Source of the DNA: Podarcis cretensis | Lineage: Eukaryota | Length of the DNA stretch: 64,000 nucleotides | Assembly (NCBI GenBank): GCA_951804945.1 | Contig: OX638157.1 | Span: 22,072,001-22,136,000 of the forward strand | Direction: 5' to 3' | Shown: positions 63,191 through 64,000 of the stretch, in pieces | Layout of the letters: each line of letters starts with the position of its first letter | Numbering within the stretch: the stretch's first letter is position 1 | Made by a program: the position numbers and the translations under genes | Notes under the pieces: model-generated | Database searches by the model: none | What the model was told of the DNA's origin: nothing | What the model saw: the letters and a program-made list of their open reading frames with translations, nothing else

Positions 63191-64000
63191 TTTGAATCTT
63201 TTCTTGGCTTTGAAATGGTTTTAAACAGATGTTACTAGAAAACATCAGCATTTGGCAGAATCTCTGATACCAAAGCAGCCCGCGTCAGAAGCAGGCTTAC
63301 TGAAATCTGGGACACGAGTGCTCTGTTTTGCTAGGACTCCAGATCAAGATGTGGGGACACTGAGGAAGTATGAAATCTAGGATTCTCAAAGTGGACTGGC
63401 TTATTTAGGAACAACAAACAATTAATTATTAGAGGAGAGTGCCTGTCTCTCCAGTACTTCTTTCATTGGCAAAAGAGCAGTATTTGTATCACCCACTTTC
63501 TCAATTAGTACAACACACATCACCCAGATGCCTTCCTGCTTATGTTTAGATGTCTAGCTTGAGGCCTCTCCCTTAGTTTCATGGGACTCTGTTGCTTCAC
63601 TTTCCCGTTGTTCCAGTTGGTACCATACATGGATGAAATGAAGCTCAGACAGCCAAGTCATCTTAGTTTCATCTCTTGAATCCCTGCGTGGGCCCAAGAA
63701 TTACATGCAAAATTTTCATCTCCACCTTGGATACCATGCTCAAAGGCTTAGTGATGGCTGCTTAGAATAAAACAGCAAAAGCCACACATCAATCATGATG
63801 TGCCAAAGAAAAAGGCTGCAGAGAAGCACGGTGGCAACATTTGACATTGTGCCTATTCAGCATATCTCTGCACAGCACACACTTTCTACTACCCACCCTC
63901 CAAGCTTCTTTTCCTTTTCCTTGAAAGTGAAACAGATTTCTTGCCCTTTGGGCATTGCTGAAATGGGTGTGAATAAGAATTTTTGAGTAGGGTTCAGTGT

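Overview
Vertebrate nuclear DNA, almost certainly from a squamate reptile and probably a lacertid lizard (Sauria SINEs with ACCTTT tails, CTT-tailed Squam3-type SINEs, BovB). The window lies inside the minus-strand calcineurin A alpha gene PPP3CA. Five internal coding exons (equivalent to exons 3-7: 125, 112, 146, 140 and 78 nt, all GT-AG, phases consistent) encode most of the phosphatase catalytic domain. Exons 1-2 and exon 8 onward were not found in the window. The rest is intron dominated by transposable elements: one full-length but disabled 3.2-kb BovB/RTE LINE with an 11-bp TSD, two truncated BovB copies, four Sauria SINEs, Squam3-like and tRNA-Lys-derived SINEs, L2, CR1 and L1 fragments, many Tc1/mariner-type and hAT MITEs, a probable solo LTR, and microsatellites. 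The most unusual structures are (i) a Penelope-like insertion forming a perfect 81-bp inverted repeat that contains a minimal hammerhead-ribozyme motif intact only antisense to PPP3CA, (ii) a local duplication enclosing ~100 bp copied from a MITE 1.4 kb away, and (iii) opposed BovB copies bracketing exons 4-6. Nearly all ORFs in the supplied track other than those overlapping PPP3CA exons or LINEs look spurious. I do not see evidence for a genuinely new multi-gene system. TE family names are from recognition, not a database search.
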